Positions 44,489 to 53,635 of a DNA stretch of 64,000 nt are shown here, in pieces. Source of the DNA: Endomicrobiales bacterium (GTDB lineage Bacteria; Elusimicrobiota; Endomicrobiia; Endomicrobiales; CAWCFT01); assembly GCA_963794945.1 (NCBI GenBank), contig CAWCFT010000006.1, forward strand, positions 32,001 to 96,000. Reading direction: 5' to 3'. Position 1 is the first letter of the stretch. Every line of letters begins with the position of its first letter. The position numbers and the translations under genes are program-made. The notes beneath the pieces were generated by a model. It searched no databases. It had not been told where the DNA came from and was given only the letters and a program-made list of their open reading frames with translations.

Positions 44489-45301
44489 TTAATACCGGCT
44501 TTTATTTTTCGCTACGAATATTTCATTAAAAAACGACCTCATTGCCTTCCATGAACGCTTATCTGCATTCTGGTTGTACGCTATACCTTTGGAGTTGTCG
44601 TTCCCGTTGGAAGGGTTACTAAAACCATGGACAGCCCCGCTGTACTCAATGAGCTGCCAGTCTACTTTGGCATCACTAAGTTCCTTCTCCAGTGCCGGCA
44701 CGACGGGCTTAGTATAAGCATCGTCCGCACCCTGCAGAACCAGTATCTTGCCTTTTATATTTTTCGCGTCTTCCGGGGTGGGCGTATCAAGATTGCCGTG
44801 GAAGCAGACCGTGCCGAGGATAGGAGCCCCGCTGCGCGCTAGTTCCAGCGCCACACCACCGCCGAAACAATAGCCTATAGCAGCTATTTGCGAAGTGTTA
44901 ACTATCGATTGGTTTTTTAATTCTTCAAGGCCGGCCAGAGCTCTGCGCCGCATTAGTGCCCTGTCAGCGCGGTATATTCCAGTTAGTTTTATCGCTTCGT
45001 CAACAGTTTTTGCTCTAACTCCTTTTCCGTAAATATCTGGACAAAATGCCGCGTATCCCAATCTGGCAAGCTGTTCCGCCCTCATTTTTATGTAGTCGTT
45101 GATACCCCACCATTCGTGAATGACTAACACTCCGGGAAGTTTCCCGCCGGCCGCGTCATCGTAGGCCAAAAATCCCTCAAGCGCGGTGTCGCCTTCTTTG
45201 TATTCGATCTTTTTTGTAACGATTTTAGCTGATATGATTGCGGAGAAAAATACTATTAATACCAGCGCAATGGCGGCTGAAAATATCTGGTTCCTGCTCA
45301 T
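44489..45301 (-). CDS. Dienelactone hydrolase family protein with signal peptide
   Basis: HEWWG, GYCFGG, HGF. Confidence 0.92.
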   Translation of the reverse strand: MSRNQIFSAAIALVLIVFFSAIISAKIVTKKIEYKEGDTALEGFLAYDDAAGGKLPGVLVIHEWWGINDYIKMRAEQLARLGYAAFCPDIYGKGVRAKTVDEAIKLTGIYRADRALMRRRALAGLEELKNQSIVNTSQIAAIGYCFGGGVALELARSGAPILGTVCFHGNLDTPTPEDAKNIKGKILVLQGADDAYTKPVVPALEKELSDAKVDWQLIEYSGAVHGFSNPSNGNDNSKGIAYNQNADKRSWKAMRSFFNEIFVAKNKSRY

Positions 45302-45335
45302 CGTGCACCACCTTAATTCCTCTTGTCACTACCTC

Positions 45336-45474
45336 ATGATACAAATATAGCAGCGGCCATTTGAATGCCTCAACTCTTCCGCAGCCTGACTTTTTTCTAC
45401 TAATAGACCATGCGATAAAAGTCATCTAAATGAGGAATGTAACTATTTTGCCGTGTAAAAGCGTTTTGTATAAT
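45336..45474. promoter_or_regulatory. Divergent promoters, each with an upstream AAAAGTCA site
   Basis: Minus: site 45386-96, TG-TATCAT 45341-36. Plus: GATAAAAGTCAT ending 45425, TG-TATAAT 45469-74. Confidence 0.7.
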
Positions 45475-45513
45475 TACGTGAAGTTCATATCGAACTAGGT
45501 AAACGGAGGAGGC

Positions 45514-46275
45514 ATGATGAAGTTAACAGCTTTTATCGCGTTTATAACTATATCATCATCATCGGTGGCTTGGGCTTACGCGGCCGACAGCACGCAGAAA
45601 AACATGAGCCTTGAATTTTGGGGCGGATACACAACTGTTGGCATGGGCGACGTGAACAACGCGCTGAAGAACGCCGCATCCGGAGGCTCGGTAACCGAGG
45701 TCAAGGATGGCACGTTGATCGGCGCTGACTTCCTTTATAAACTGATACCAGGCGTACCAAAACTATCTCTTGGCCCTAGGATAGAATATCTTTTCATTTC
45801 TAGCGGAAAGCTTTCTCAATCTAACCCTCTCCTCAATATAACCGATGATTATTATGTCATACCGATCATGGTCGGCGGCAAGTATTTACTTGTTGAGAAC
45901 GGCAATTGGTCGCTCAGCGGAGCCCTGTTCCTGGGCTTGGGAATGGGATACGGCAAATCAACAGTGATTTCGGCAGCCGATCCATCTAATCAGCACATAA
46001 CGAATTTTTCGGGCAGCGATATGACCGGGCTTCTGATGGCGGACGGACAATACCGCATTGACACCAATACTTTTATCGGGGTTGACCTTGGCTATAGGAT
46101 GCTGAACATTTCTCAGATGAGCGTGGACAGCACTTCTATATCCAGCACGGCAAGCGGAAGCAACAATTCCGGATATGCCCCCGCCCGCGCGCCCGTTGTC
46201 AACGCTTCGGGTAATACAGTCAAATATGATTTCAGCGGTATAGTAATAAATATCGGCATAAACTTTATGTTCTAA
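45514..46275 (+). CDS. Outer-membrane beta-barrel protein
   Basis: Signal peptide (AWAYA), alternating beta strands, terminal Phe (INFMF); GGAGG RBS. Confidence 0.8.
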   Translation: MMKLTAFIAFITISSSSVAWAYAADSTQKNMSLEFWGGYTTVGMGDVNNALKNAASGGSVTEVKDGTLIGADFLYKLIPGVPKLSLGPRIEYLFISSGKLSQSNPLLNITDDYYVIPIMVGGKYLLVENGNWSLSGALFLGLGMGYGKSTVISAADPSNQHITNFSGSDMTGLLMADGQYRIDTNTFIGVDLGYRMLNISQMSVDSTSISSTASGSNNSGYAPARAPVVNASGNTVKYDFSGIVINIGINFMF

Positions 46276-46352
46276 GATTTTTGCCGGGATAACCGGATAT
46301 CCGGGTACGGCGGTACATATATGATACAATTATGGCGTCTAAGTAGAAGCCG

Positions 46353-47768
46353 ATGAAAGTACTTGTTATAAACTCTAACAATACACTGAACCCGATTCCG
46401 GTAATGCCGGCCGGCGCCTGCATGGTAGCAGAGTCGGCCGAACGCGCGGGCCACAATGTGAGGTTTCTAGACCTTACATTCGAAAAATACCCCGTTGACA
46501 TAGTCCGTCGCGAGGTTGCACGATTCTCTCCTGAAGCCATAGGCATTTCGGTCAGAAACATAGACAATAACCAGATGCCGTCACCCTCCTCCTGCTATAA
46601 GAATGTTAAAAAAATAACAGATACAATACGTGATATTTCAAAGGCCACGGTAATACTTGGCGGAACCGCCTTAGGTATAATGCCCGAAGCTTATCTTTCA
46701 CTCACCGGCGCGGAGTGCGCGGTAACTGGCCCGGGAGAAACCGTATTTCCAAAAATATTAAACTGCCTCGACAATGGAACACCGTTTGAGGGTTTGGATG
46801 GCGTAGTTACTCTAGCGAACATCAAACAATGTAATTCTTCCGATTCCGAGGTACTTCCAAAAACACCGGATTTCCGGCGCTGGCTCGATACCAGTGCTTA
46901 CATATCAAGGCTCGCGAGCGCACCTGTTCAATCCAAGCGGGGATGCCCGTTCGAGTGTGTTTACTGCACGTACGGCATGTGCGAAGGCGGCAAGCCATTG
47001 TTATGCGACCCCGTGGAAACTGTAAGCCAGATAGCTTTACTTTCGGATGATGGGTTTAAAGATATAGAATTTACCGATGCGGTATTTAATTACCCCTATG
47101 AACACGCGATGAATATATGCAAAGAACTGACAAGCGCGCGCACCGGCGTCAAACTTCAAACTTACAACCTCAACCCGCGTTACATAGACTCAGAACTTCT
47201 AGATTCCATGGAAAAAACCGGCTTCAATGCTATTGGGGTATCGGCTGAAAGCGGTTCGGACAAAGTTCTTAAAGGGTTGAGAAAGAACTATTCCGCCAAA
47301 CAGCTTGAAAAAGCAGGTGAAGCCATATTGAGGAGCAGCCTGCCATGTTTCTGGATGTTCATTCTGGGTGGCCCCGGAGAAACCGATGAAACAATAGATG
47401 ACACCTTCCAATTCGCGCAGAAATACGTTAAACCGCAGGACGTCGTGCTTATGAGCAATGGCCTGAGGATATACCATGGCACAGAGCTTGAAGCTATAGC
47501 CCGCCGAGAGGGAGTTTTAAAAGCAGCGGCAGCGAACATGATCGAACCGTTCACCTATGTATCCCCAAGAGTAGAAGCCTCGGCAATTGCCGCACGAATT
47601 AAAACGGCGCTCGACACAAACATGAATTATATAGACCCATCACTGATGCAGGCAAATATAGTTGATAAGATCCTGCCGCTTATCAATTTCTTTGGGCTGA
47701 GGGCGCCCTTATGGAAATATACAGGTTTATTCCGCTCATCTTTGCGAACTATAGGAGTAACAATATGA
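46353..47768 (+). CDS. B12-binding domain radical SAM protein
   Basis: N-terminal cobalamin-binding-like domain (GISVRNIDN, ILGG), RGCPFECVYC CxxxCxxC, ESGS, GGPGET. Confidence 0.92.
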   Translation: MKVLVINSNNTLNPIPVMPAGACMVAESAERAGHNVRFLDLTFEKYPVDIVRREVARFSPEAIGISVRNIDNNQMPSPSSCYKNVKKITDTIRDISKATVILGGTALGIMPEAYLSLTGAECAVTGPGETVFPKILNCLDNGTPFEGLDGVVTLANIKQCNSSDSEVLPKTPDFRRWLDTSAYISRLASAPVQSKRGCPFECVYCTYGMCEGGKPLLCDPVETVSQIALLSDDGFKDIEFTDAVFNYPYEHAMNICKELTSARTGVKLQTYNLNPRYIDSELLDSMEKTGFNAIGVSAESGSDKVLKGLRKNYSAKQLEKAGEAILRSSLPCFWMFILGGPGETDETIDDTFQFAQKYVKPQDVVLMSNGLRIYHGTELEAIARREGVLKAAAANMIEPFTYVSPRVEASAIAARIKTALDTNMNYIDPSLMQANIVDKILPLINFFGLRAPLWKYTGLFRSSLRTIGVTI

Positions 47769-48823
47769 ACACGCAGAAACAGCATCTAGCATCGGTAGCA
47801 GTCGCTACGCCCACTTGTGTTATATCGCAGGAACAGGCTGCCGAATTCGTTGAAAAGCATTACGACGGCAAACTGAAAAGGAGCTCCCTGAGCATTGCCC
47901 GCAAGGTTTTTTGTCATCCGAGCATTAAACAACGGAGCTTCGCTTTTAACAGCCCTTCCGTGCTCTTAGATGAAAGCCCGGACTCCAGGGTTGAAAGGTT
48001 CACGGAATATGCCGTCAAACTTTCCGCTCAGGCAGCCAATAAAGCATTAAAAGAAGCAGGGTTAGACCCTGGAAACGTTACTGCTCTGGTGGTGAACACC
48101 TGCACCGGGTACATCTGCCCGGGTATATCGACTTACCTTATCGAAACAATGGGCCTGCGGCCGGATATAAGGGCCTATGATCTGGTAGGTTCTGGTTGCG
48201 GTGGCGCGATACCCAACCTTCAGCTTTGCGGTTCAATATTAAAGGAAGAAAATGATGGAGTGGTGCTGAGCGTTTCGGTTGAGATCTGCAGCAGCACATT
48301 CCAGATGGACAATGACCTGAGCCTTATAGTTTCGAACGCCCTTTTCGGCGATGGGGCGGCGGCAGCGGTTTATTGGAACAAACCGCAGGGCATGTCGATA
48401 ATCGGGTCAGCCAGTTTTTTTGAGCCTAAGTACAGGGAAGATATAAGGTTTATTCATAAGGACGGCCAGCTGCATAACCAGCTGTCAAAAAACCTTCCTG
48501 CGCTCGTGGCCCCTGCAGTTAAAGCGGCGGTTGACAAATTGTTGGGCTCGTTAGGCATGACGCGAGCCGATATCTCCCGCTGGGCGCTCCATCCTGGTGG
48601 AGAGAATGTTATCAATGCGGTAAAGGAAGAAATGGAACTTACGGAAGAACAACTTGAGCCTACCAGGCGGGTGCTTTCAGAGTACGGGAACATGTCGTCC
48701 CCTACGGTGTGGTTCGTTATGAAACAAATAATGGATCAGGGTATTTCTCCGGGCGGGCTCTGTCTAGCCGTAGCTTTTGGGGCGGGTTTTTCAGTCCATA
48801 CCTGCCTTTTCCGCGCGAACTGA
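47765..48823 (+). CDS. Type III polyketide synthase
   Basis: NTCTGY, GSGCGG (Cys), LFGDGAAA, WALHPGG (His), YGNMSS (Asn), AFGAGF; ATGA overlap with radical SAM stop. Confidence 0.95.
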   Translation: MNTQKQHLASVAVATPTCVISQEQAAEFVEKHYDGKLKRSSLSIARKVFCHPSIKQRSFAFNSPSVLLDESPDSRVERFTEYAVKLSAQAANKALKEAGLDPGNVTALVVNTCTGYICPGISTYLIETMGLRPDIRAYDLVGSGCGGAIPNLQLCGSILKEENDGVVLSVSVEICSSTFQMDNDLSLIVSNALFGDGAAAAVYWNKPQGMSIIGSASFFEPKYREDIRFIHKDGQLHNQLSKNLPALVAPAVKAAVDKLLGSLGMTRADISRWALHPGGENVINAVKEEMELTEEQLEPTRRVLSEYGNMSSPTVWFVMKQIMDQGISPGGLCLAVAFGAGFSVHTCLFRAN

Positions 48824-48953
48824 CTTAGTACGTCCGGCTCAAATGGATCAACATCCCAGTTCCTGAAAAATTGATCCAAACGCGCCTTCGCGCTGTCAAG
48901 ATAGAACCTATTTTACAAGTATTATTTCAATACCACCCCAAAAACACCGGCTT

Positions 48954-49397
48954 TCATAGACCGAGCAGAAGTGATAGCTCTGAAACGTGTTCCTCTTCAT
49001 CTATAATAATATGGCGTATATCATGTTCGAGCCTTTCAAAAGTATACTCGAGATCTTTCTTGTTTTCCGTAACTTTCTGGTATACCTGCTTGTAATAATT
49101 AATAGCGTCTTTTTCACCTTTGAGGTTTACTTCCAGAATACTTTTAAGGCCGTTTGCCCTATGGGTTTCGGCAAGGTCCATTAGCGGCTCACCGTTCAAA
49201 TAGTTGCCTATAAGATTGCGGAACATCTCTTCGTGTTTTTGCTCGTCAGATGCTATTTCCTGTAGCCTCTTTATAAGCGATTCGGCATTTTCGCCTTTTA
49301 TCAATTCCGCATGAGCCAGATACTGGATACGCGCGGCATGTTCCAGCCGCAGGCCCTGGTTAAGCATGTCAATAAGTTCTTTCTCGATCTTAGTCAT
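48954..49397 (-). CDS. Ferritin-like (bacterioferritin-type) protein
   Basis: LEHAARIQY..H, DEQKHE, GEKDAI..Y, DEEEH diiron motifs. Confidence 0.85.
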   Translation of the reverse strand: MTKIEKELIDMLNQGLRLEHAARIQYLAHAELIKGENAESLIKRLQEIASDEQKHEEMFRNLIGNYLNGEPLMDLAETHRANGLKSILEVNLKGEKDAINYYKQVYQKVTENKKDLEYTFERLEHDIRHIIIDEEEHVSELSLLLGL

Positions 49398-49493
49398 TTT
49401 ATCCTCCAACGTTCTTCTTAATAGTTCGGCAAACAAGAACATAGCAATGAAACATTGTTATTTATAATGTTTAAGAAAATTACAGTGCAATTA

Positions 49494-49727
49494 TCACGCA
49501 AATACGGTTTCGTGAATTTTTTTGTCCACTTTTGTCTTATCATCTATGTAATCCATATCACTGTTAGACTCAATGCTTACGAATTCCTTTTTCGTGTTAC
49601 CGCAAGCCGGACAGGCCCAGTTTGAAGGCAGGTCTTCGTACTTGACCCATGGCCTTATGCCGCTTTCAGTGTCGCCCTCACGTTCATCATAAATATAGTC
49701 ACAAGTTTTGCATATCCAAATTTTCAT
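49494..49727 (-). CDS. Rubredoxin
   Basis: WICKTCDYIYD..GD...DLPSNWACPACG. Confidence 0.9.
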   Translation of the reverse strand: MKIWICKTCDYIYDEREGDTESGIRPWVKYEDLPSNWACPACGNTKKEFVSIESNSDMDYIDDKTKVDKKIHETVFA

Positions 49728-49743
49728 TTTTTCCTCCCTGTAG

Positions 49744-49947
49744 TTACATTGTTTTATCATTTACCTTACAATTCGCAGTGCATCGGCTCGCGCAGCAAAG
49801 CAGTTCGTGATCGCCACCGCAATCACAGCATTGGTCTACCATGACAGTCAGTCCGCATTCGGCACAGGTGAACTTACTTCCTTTTTTCAACTCGGCAGAA
49901 CTTTTGGCGCGAGCTTTTTTACTATTTTTGCGCTTTTTCATACTCAT
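49744..49947 (-). CDS. Small Cys-rich, desulforedoxin-like protein (appears fused to upstream receiver in ORF track)
   Basis: KKGSKFTCAECGLTVMVDQCCDC...ELLCC; own ATG after G-run. Confidence 0.55.
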   Translation of the reverse strand: MSMKKRKNSKKARAKSSAELKKGSKFTCAECGLTVMVDQCCDCGGDHELLCCASRCTANCKVNDKTM

Positions 49948-50322
49948 CACCCCCCCTGCAATAATATTTTCTATCTCCAATACGATCTTATCAGGGTTTA
50001 TAGGCTTTGTTATGCACTTCTTAACCCCGCATATTTCGTTTAAAAGACTGTATTCTTCCTGAGTATAATAACCCGTCATAGCTATCACCGGTATCTTTTT
50101 GGCTTCCGGCATGCTTTTAAGCCTGTCCGCAACCTGGAAACCGCTAACGTTGTTCATTTTGAGGTCAAGCAAGATGGCGTCCGGCATGACACCATTGATC
50201 ATTTTTAGAGCGCTATCGCCATCGCAAAACGACGTTACGTCAAATCCGTTTGAAACCAACAGTTCTGTAAGTTCCTGAAGGAATTCTTTATCATCATCCA
50301 CTACCATAATTTTCTTTTTCAT
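49948..50322 (-). CDS. Single-domain response regulator
   Basis: IMVVDDD, LLDLKM, AMTG, ITKP. Confidence 0.88.
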
Positions 50323-50393
50323 TTAGTTTGCTTATGCTATCTGGGAAGTATTTATTATATTGTATAAATGCTCTACCAACTATTGCTGCCGTG

Positions 50394-51284
50394 TCAAACC
50401 ATCGCAGGATAAATATCATTGATCGAATCGATAACCCTCAGGCCTTTTTCCCTGCCGAGTTTTTTGGCCTTCTGTATTGCCTCTCGGGGAGAAAGCAGGC
50501 TATCGATATATTTTATGCTGGGCTCCAGCCGTATAATATGCCATGGGATATCACGCCCAACACCGGCTATGAATTCAGCTATCCCTTTAAGGTCATAGTC
50601 TGAATCGTTCTTACCGGGCACGACCGTGGTGTAGACCTCGAATTTAAGCTCCAAGCGTCTTAAGTACTTTATAGTCTCAAGCACAGGACTTACTTTCGCA
50701 CAGCATACTTCCTTATAAAAATAGTCCCTCATGCTCATAAGGTTGACCATATAAACATCAATATAGGGTTTTATGATGTCCAAGGCTTCTTTTGTCATGT
50801 AACCGTTGGTCGCCATAGCGTTCTTGATATTTGATTTTTTAGCGAGCTTTGCGATGTCATACATGTACTCGAAATACACCGTGGGTTCAGAGTATCCAAA
50901 ACTTATATACTGGCAGTTGTTTTCAAGAGCATTCTCGACTATATCACGTGGGTTCAGCTCGTATCCAAGCTTATCGTTCAAATCCGTTTTTGATATCTGC
51001 GAGATATGCCGGCAGTTGCAATAGGTGCATTTAAAATTACATCCTGCCACAGCGAGCGAATAGATGTTTTTCCCGAGACTAAACAAACGACTACTTCCGG
51101 CAGCTGCTTCCACATCCGCTTCGATAACTTCTCCGTAGGCCGAAGTAAAGAGGTTTCCACAGATATTTGACCGGACCCCGCACACACCCCACCGGCCGTT
51201 ATCCACGCGGCAATGATGCGCGCATAGATAGCAATGAACCGAGCCGTCACTGTTATTTTCATAAAGCATTGCTTCTTTTTTCAT
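50394..51284 (-). CDS. AmmeMemoRadiSam-like (PflA-family) radical SAM enzyme, divergent
   Basis: VHCYLCAHHC...CGVR, GCNFKCTYC, YSEPTVYFEY, TNGY, VVPGKND, IPWH. Confidence 0.82.
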   Translation of the reverse strand: MKKEAMLYENNSDGSVHCYLCAHHCRVDNGRWGVCGVRSNICGNLFTSAYGEVIEADVEAAAGSSRLFSLGKNIYSLAVAGCNFKCTYCNCRHISQISKTDLNDKLGYELNPRDIVENALENNCQYISFGYSEPTVYFEYMYDIAKLAKKSNIKNAMATNGYMTKEALDIIKPYIDVYMVNLMSMRDYFYKEVCCAKVSPVLETIKYLRRLELKFEVYTTVVPGKNDSDYDLKGIAEFIAGVGRDIPWHIIRLEPSIKYIDSLLSPREAIQKAKKLGREKGLRVIDSINDIYPAMV

Positions 51285-51931
51285 TTCCCCGGCCGCCTTG
51301 ATTTCTTTAGTGTATTTAGTACTTCCTGATCGCTGAGATCGTGAAAGTCTTTATAAAATGACGCGATAGCGAACTGAGAAGCATCGCTTACGTGCAGGCA
51401 AATAACGCTTTCGGCCTCTTTCGCTGCCATTTCGTATGCTTCCCTATGCGCTACCGGTACAGCGACCAGCGTCTTTAACGCTTTTCTGCTGCGAGCAAAC
51501 CTTAGAGCGCCCAGCATAGTGTAACCTGTTGCAAGCCCGTCGTCTGTTATAATCACAGAGTTTTCGCTTAGCTCGGGAAACCGCCTGTTCCCCCTGTAAA
51601 CCTTGTCTCTCCGGAGAACTTCCGAATAAACGTCCTCTACTATTGAGTCGATCCCATTTTGTTCAAGGAACAGGCCTTGCAGCAGGTCTCTGTTTAAAAT
51701 AACTTCCTTATCCAGAGTTACAACACCGAATCCCATTTGATCGTTTTCCGGAATTGGTAGTTTACGTAACGTTATTGGCTCCAAATCGCACGATAAACTA
51801 TGAGCTATCGGATAACCAACCTCAATTCCACCCCTCGGAATACCGAGTACTATTGGTTTTTTTACGTTAATTGCTTCAACCCGTTTTGCCAGTCTTTCAC
51901 CTGCGTCCTGTCTGTTTTTAAACAGAACCAT
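51281..51931 (-). CDS. Phosphoribosyltransferase family protein
   Basis: FKNRQDAG, GIPRGG, ITDDGLATG, AVPVA. Confidence 0.9.
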   Translation of the reverse strand: MVLFKNRQDAGERLAKRVEAINVKKPIVLGIPRGGIEVGYPIAHSLSCDLEPITLRKLPIPENDQMGFGVVTLDKEVILNRDLLQGLFLEQNGIDSIVEDVYSEVLRRDKVYRGNRRFPELSENSVIITDDGLATGYTMLGALRFARSRKALKTLVAVPVAHREAYEMAAKEAESVICLHVSDASQFAIASFYKDFHDLSDQEVLNTLKKSRRPGK

Positions 51932-52098
51932 TGATAGCCTCTAAATGCTCTTGACCCTATAACATTGCAATATTTTCCTTAGCTCTTTTATTGACAGCCT
52001 AAAGAATACCGCGAACCATAATGAAATTAAAGAGATTATAACCGAGAATAATATCATCTTATAAACCTGTTAAACTTCCCCATCCCGCGACGGCGGAC

Positions 52099-52545
52099 CT
52101 ATTTCACGTTTATTTTTATCTCGCCGCTCCCGGCTTCTTCTTTTTTAGGCATGGCGATCTTTAAAACACCGTTTTTATACTCGGCGTTGACTTTTGAAAT
52201 ATCAACCTTACCTGGAAGTTTAACTTCCCGGTAGAGGCTTCCTTCGTAGCGTTCACTGTAATAGAAGTCTTTCCTCTTTTCTTCGTTAGATACTTCCCTT
52301 TTCGCTGACACTGTAAGAAGATCATCTTTTACGCTTACGTTTATGTCCTTGGCCTCCATACCGGGTATGTCCGTTTCGACGAATATCGTGTTTTTGTCGT
52401 CCCACATGTCCATGGACGGGACGGAAAGGTCTTTGTCCCACGCGAACGGAGTCCTGTTAAACGCTGTGCTGAGAAGTTTCTCAACATCATCACGGACAGT
52501 GTCGTAGGGGTTACGGCTGTTTCTTATGAAAGGTACTATCTTCAT
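52099..52545 (-). CDS. Hsp20 small heat shock protein
   Basis: DIPGM, ER..G...R..LP, AEYKNGVLKIAMPK. Confidence 0.93.
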   Translation of the reverse strand: MKIVPFIRNSRNPYDTVRDDVEKLLSTAFNRTPFAWDKDLSVPSMDMWDDKNTIFVETDIPGMEAKDINVSVKDDLLTVSAKREVSNEEKRKDFYYSERYEGSLYREVKLPGKVDISKVNAEYKNGVLKIAMPKKEEAGSGEIKINVK

Positions 52546-52580
52546 GGCTTCCTCCTTATTCTCATTGTTTATATTACCCT

Positions 52581-53043
52581 TTATCCGGGGTCTGATGTTA
52601 GAGATCGATTTGTGTATTGCTTGCTTGAAATGGCTCCCATGGAGGTTTGTTCCCAGGACGTACTTATTTTTGCGTTAAAATGCTTGTCGATTGTTAATAA
52701 CAGCGCTTGGGGGTCGAAAGGTTTGATGAGGAAATCACTTATGCCAAGGGAAAGAGTGAACTTTTTGTGCTGCTGCTCGGTGTAATAGCCCGTCATCGCG
52801 ATGACCGGTATATTCACTGTCCCTGCAAAATGTTTTCAGGTCATCAGCTATCTGAAAACCGCTTTTCCCGGACATTTTCAGGTCAAGAAGTATAACCTCC
52901 GGCTGTATTTCCTCTGCGACCCTTACAGCGCGCGAGGTGTCATCGAGCACCTCGGCATCGTAGCCGTTTAATTGAAGCATAGTTTTAAGCTCGTTTAGCA
53001 ACGTACGATCATCATCAATGATAAGCACCGTTTTCTTCTTCAC
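52581..53043 (-). CDS. Single-domain response regulator (frameshift near 52820)
   Basis: LIIDDD, LLDLKM, then IPVIAMTG, LIKPFD. Confidence 0.85.
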
Positions 53044-53058
53044 AATTCCCTCATCGTA

Positions 53059-53118
53059 AATATAGCTTTTATGACAATTAGCTCCAATCGTTTTTTTCTT
53101 CTATTTACTGACTTTTTT
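53059..53118 (-). promoter_or_regulatory. Promoter with upstream AAAAAAGTCAG site
   Basis: Site 53108-18, N20, TTGGAG, N17, TATATT (53064-59). Confidence 0.7.
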
Positions 53119-53192
53119 CCATCCCTGGGAAAAACCTGGTTTAATATATCTTCTAATGGCCACAAAATATATACATAAATCCCATATGGAAA

Positions 53193-53231
53193 AAAGCGCA
53201 TTTCCCCGTGGTTAACGGGTAAATGCGCTTT
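53193..53231 (-). terminator. Intrinsic terminator hairpin
   Basis: aaagcgcattt c cccgt ggtta acggg t aaatgcgcttt; U-tract on minus strand just after stop at 53246. Confidence 0.8.
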
Positions 53232-53245
53232 AAATGCCGACCCCT

Positions 53246-53635
53246 CTAGCAGGTAAACTGTTTTATAGTGTCCAGTATTTTTTGTACGTCGAAAGGTTTG
53301 CTGATTACTGCGTCGGCGAGTTTCAAGACATTCTCTTCTTCGTCTTCTTTATGATTCTTTGTGTTGAACGATTCTTTAGTCATTGGCCTGCCCGTCAGAA
53401 CGAGTATCTTTGCATTTTTCCGGATCCTTTTTTGTAGTCTTTAGAATATCGTAGCCTGTAAGCCCGGGCAGTTTGATATCAAGAAGTATAACATCGTAAT
53501 TGCCGTGATCTATATGTTTTTTACCTTCTAGGCCGTTATTAACGCGCTTATAATGTAGCCTTCATCCGTAAGCACCTCGGATAGTTCTTCGCACATTTCT
53601 TCGTCATCATCAACTATCAATATCCTATTTTTCAT
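53246..53635 (-). CDS. Single-domain response regulator missed by ORF track (two frameshifts)
   Basis: Manual: MKNRILIVDDDEEMCEELSEVL..EGY / NNGLEG..YDVILLDIKLPGLTGYDIL / AKILVLTG...VISKPFDVQKIL*; GGAGG RBS. Confidence 0.85.

Noticed and set aside
46283..46312. Palindrome ccggatatccgg between barrel and rSAM genes
   Set aside because: Single short GC hairpin with no U-tract or other copies seen; function unsupported.
49744..50322. Receiver domain fused to a Cys-rich domain
   Set aside because: The junction is a 7-G run; one fewer G gives GGG GGG TGA overlapping the next ATG, so two genes are more likely.
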